Of a DNA stretch of 64,000 nucleotides, positions 61,540 to 64,000 are shown piece by piece. The stretch's first letter is position 1. Each line of letters starts with the position of its first letter. Origin of the DNA: Octopus vulgaris (taxonomy: Eukaryota); assembly GCA_951406725.2 (NCBI GenBank), contig OX597814.1, positions 21,204,001 to 21,268,000 on the forward strand, written 5' to 3'. The position numbers and the translations under genes are program-made. The notes under the pieces are model-generated. The model ran no database searches. It was given only the letters and a program-made list of their open reading frames with translations, and was not told where the DNA came from.

Positions 61540-61741
61540 CTTTTACTTGTTTCAGCCATTTGACTGCTGCCATACTGGAGCACCGCCTTTTTTTAGTCGA
61601 GCAAATCGACCCCGGGACTTATTTTTGTAAGCCCAGTACGTATTCTATCGGTCTCTTTTGCCGAACCGCTAAGTGACGGGGATGTAAACACACCAGCATC
61701 GGTTGTCAAGCAATGCTAGGGGGACAAACACAGACACACAA

Positions 61742-61778
<37 letters not shown>

Positions 61779-61950
61779 CATATATACGACAGGCTTCTTT
61801 TAGTTTCCGTCTACCAAATCCACTCACAAGGCATTGGTCGGCCCGGAGCTATAGCAGAAGACACTTGCCCAAGATGCCACGCAGTGGGACTGAACCCGGA
61901 ACCATGTGGTTGGTTAGCAAGCTACTTACCACACAGCCACTCCTGCGCCT
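61540..61950 (-). mobile_element. Full-length SINE family B
   Basis: Minus-strand head aggcgcaggagtggctgtgtggtaag..gggttcagtccc. Confidence 0.85.
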
Positions 61951-61962
61951 ATACATACATAC

Positions 61963-62043
<81 letters not shown>

Positions 62044-62160
62044 ATTAAGATTCAGTTGAATTAGGTATTTAAGTTGAAGCACCAAGTCAGTCCAGTATTA
62101 TCCGCACAGCTCGGAGTAATGTGAATAAAACCAAATAGGTAACAGGATATCAAGTAGTAA

Positions 62161-62243
62161 TGCAACACGATCGTTTCAAATCCATTTAATTGAACAATGC
62201 AATCATTACTTCGATTTAAACACACCACTATCTTCAGCTGCAC
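62161..62243 (-). ncRNA. Hammerhead-like motif with long stem II, probably inactive (GUG triplet)
   Basis: Minus strand: tgcag CTGAAGA [long stem II] GAAAC gatc GTG ttgca; part of family copy 62045-62245. Confidence 0.6.
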
Positions 62244-63216
62244 AAATATAGATTTTCAACAGACAAGGTATATTAATATAATTTCTTTTTAATATTTTAA
62301 CAGAGCAAGAGGATGGAAGAATTTCATGTTGTTACTATTGTAGTAAGAATAGCTAAGAGAGAACAAAATACAATTTTTAGAGAGGAACACAGTGATCATA
62401 GGGTTGTAATTCATTTCCAATTTATCTATCTCCTTCTCATCAAAAAAAAATCTATGACTAGAAGACTGCGCAAATTTAGAATAAGGAGCAAAATGAGTTG
62501 ACAGCTCATAGCTGGCTTTTGGTCATAAATTTCATTCTGTCACAGGTAACCCTGGGACAGAGACAAAACTTTAGAAAGAGTCATTTTAGATAGTAGTAAA
62601 TGTCTAGAAAAGAGGTAGGGTAGGACTGACATTAATTTATGATGTTACAAGTTAAAGGGACAACGCTATGAAACTTAGGATGCTACAATGAGATCCAGGA
62701 AAACATCAGGGGTTCATTGGGAGAACGTATATAAATAAATATTATTATGTTGTATAAAGATAAAAGTTTAGAAAATTCTAGAAAGGATATCATAACCAAG
62801 TTAGCTAAGAGGGATATATAGATCAATTTAAACATTAATAAGTTTACTATTATGTAGAATCAATTTAATACTTCATCTTTACTTAATCAATTATTAGGTG
62901 ATCATTATAAAGACCTGTCAAACCACTTACATATGGAATTTATCTGGAAAGATAAACATACTAACTATTGATTGAAAGTAAAGAATCAGAAGCAGGATAA
63001 TCAGATAAATGATAATATATAGACATAATTAAATATAAGTATACAAGAAAAAGTTTGTACTGATATAAGTAGGTGTAAAAGTATAAAAATTTTGCATACA
63101 GATACATATAGAAAATGGGATTTATATATATGTATATATATATATATATATATATACTGCAGTAACCACATAAATGGAAATAAGAATACTCAAGGACCAG
63201 AGGTAGAAAAATGTGG

Positions 63217-63359
63217 TTTATTAAAAAGCAGCAGAATTATCACAAAAACTGTTACTCAGTTTCACGTTCCCGTTTGTCGGACAGTTTTGTTGTCCAATGA
63301 ATGGGAACGTGAAACTCTGAGTAACAGTTTTTGTGATTATTCTGCTGCTTTTTAATAAA
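63217..63359. repeat. Fold-back palindrome (~58-bp arms) carrying a hammerhead-like 3' half
   Basis: tttattaaaaagcagcagaa..tttcacgttccc pairs with gggaacgtGAAACtctgaGTAacag..tttttaataaa. Confidence 0.85.
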
Positions 63360-63729
63360 GTATATATATATAGGTGAGAAAGTTGATGTGTGAAAGCACG
63401 TGGTTGAATATATAGAAAATAGTAAAAAGTGAAAAAACCACACAAGGCTTGTTTTAGAAGGTTAAAAAATATATATTTGGGTCATTATGTCTGAAGAATG
63501 TTATAAATTTTTTTCATACAATGACATAGTTTTAGAAGAAAACTATATCATTGTATGTCTTCAAAAACTATGTCATTGTATGAAAAAAATAAAGTTTTTT
63601 AGCCTCTTCCACTACTTAGAGAATATTTTCCCTCAGACATTGTTTACTCATAAAAATAATGGTCCTTTTACAACTGAATACTTGGTGAAATTGATTAATA
63701 ACTAATTAACTTTACCCTCAATTGTTGAT

Positions 63730-63794
63730 ATATGTATGTGTGTGTATATATATGTGTGTGTATGTGTATATGTACATGTATGTATATGTGTATG

Positions 63795-63865
<71 letters not shown>

Positions 63866-64000
63866 GTATATATGTATATATATATATACATATATGTATG
63901 TGTGTGTATATGTGTATTATGTGTGTATATGTTTATATATATGTATATGTATATGTATATGTATGTGTGTGTGTATATGTATATATGTGTATATATATGA
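63730..64000. repeat. (TA)/(TG) compound microsatellite
   Basis: Direct reading. Confidence 0.95.

Overview
AT-rich, microsatellite-dense eukaryotic DNA made almost entirely of transposable elements. The SINE types and the (TA)/(CA)/(TATC) load resemble octopus genomes (inference). I could not confidently call a host gene. Main elements: (1) a young, full-length Ty3/Gypsy LTR retrotransposon (7992-12247) with 275-bp LTRs, a 5-bp TSD, an intact pol and a -1 frameshift signal. Its primer-binding site is exactly complementary to the 5' end (nt 1-12) of tRNA-Phe rather than the CCA 3' end. (2) A decayed CR1/L2-like LINE whose ORF1 carries tandem CCCH fingers. (3) A full-length Tx1/L1-like LINE nested in an unusual TSD-flanked element built from a 323-bp structured monomer in direct and inverted copies. 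(4) RTE LINE copies with a PHD-like insert. (5) Penelope-like RT remnants, several type I hammerhead ribozyme motifs and fold-back palindromes. (6) A hAT MITE, a non-autonomous Helitron, a mariner remnant and many tRNA-derived SINEs. Boundaries of degraded repeats are approximate, and all family assignments come from motif recognition by eye, not database searches.
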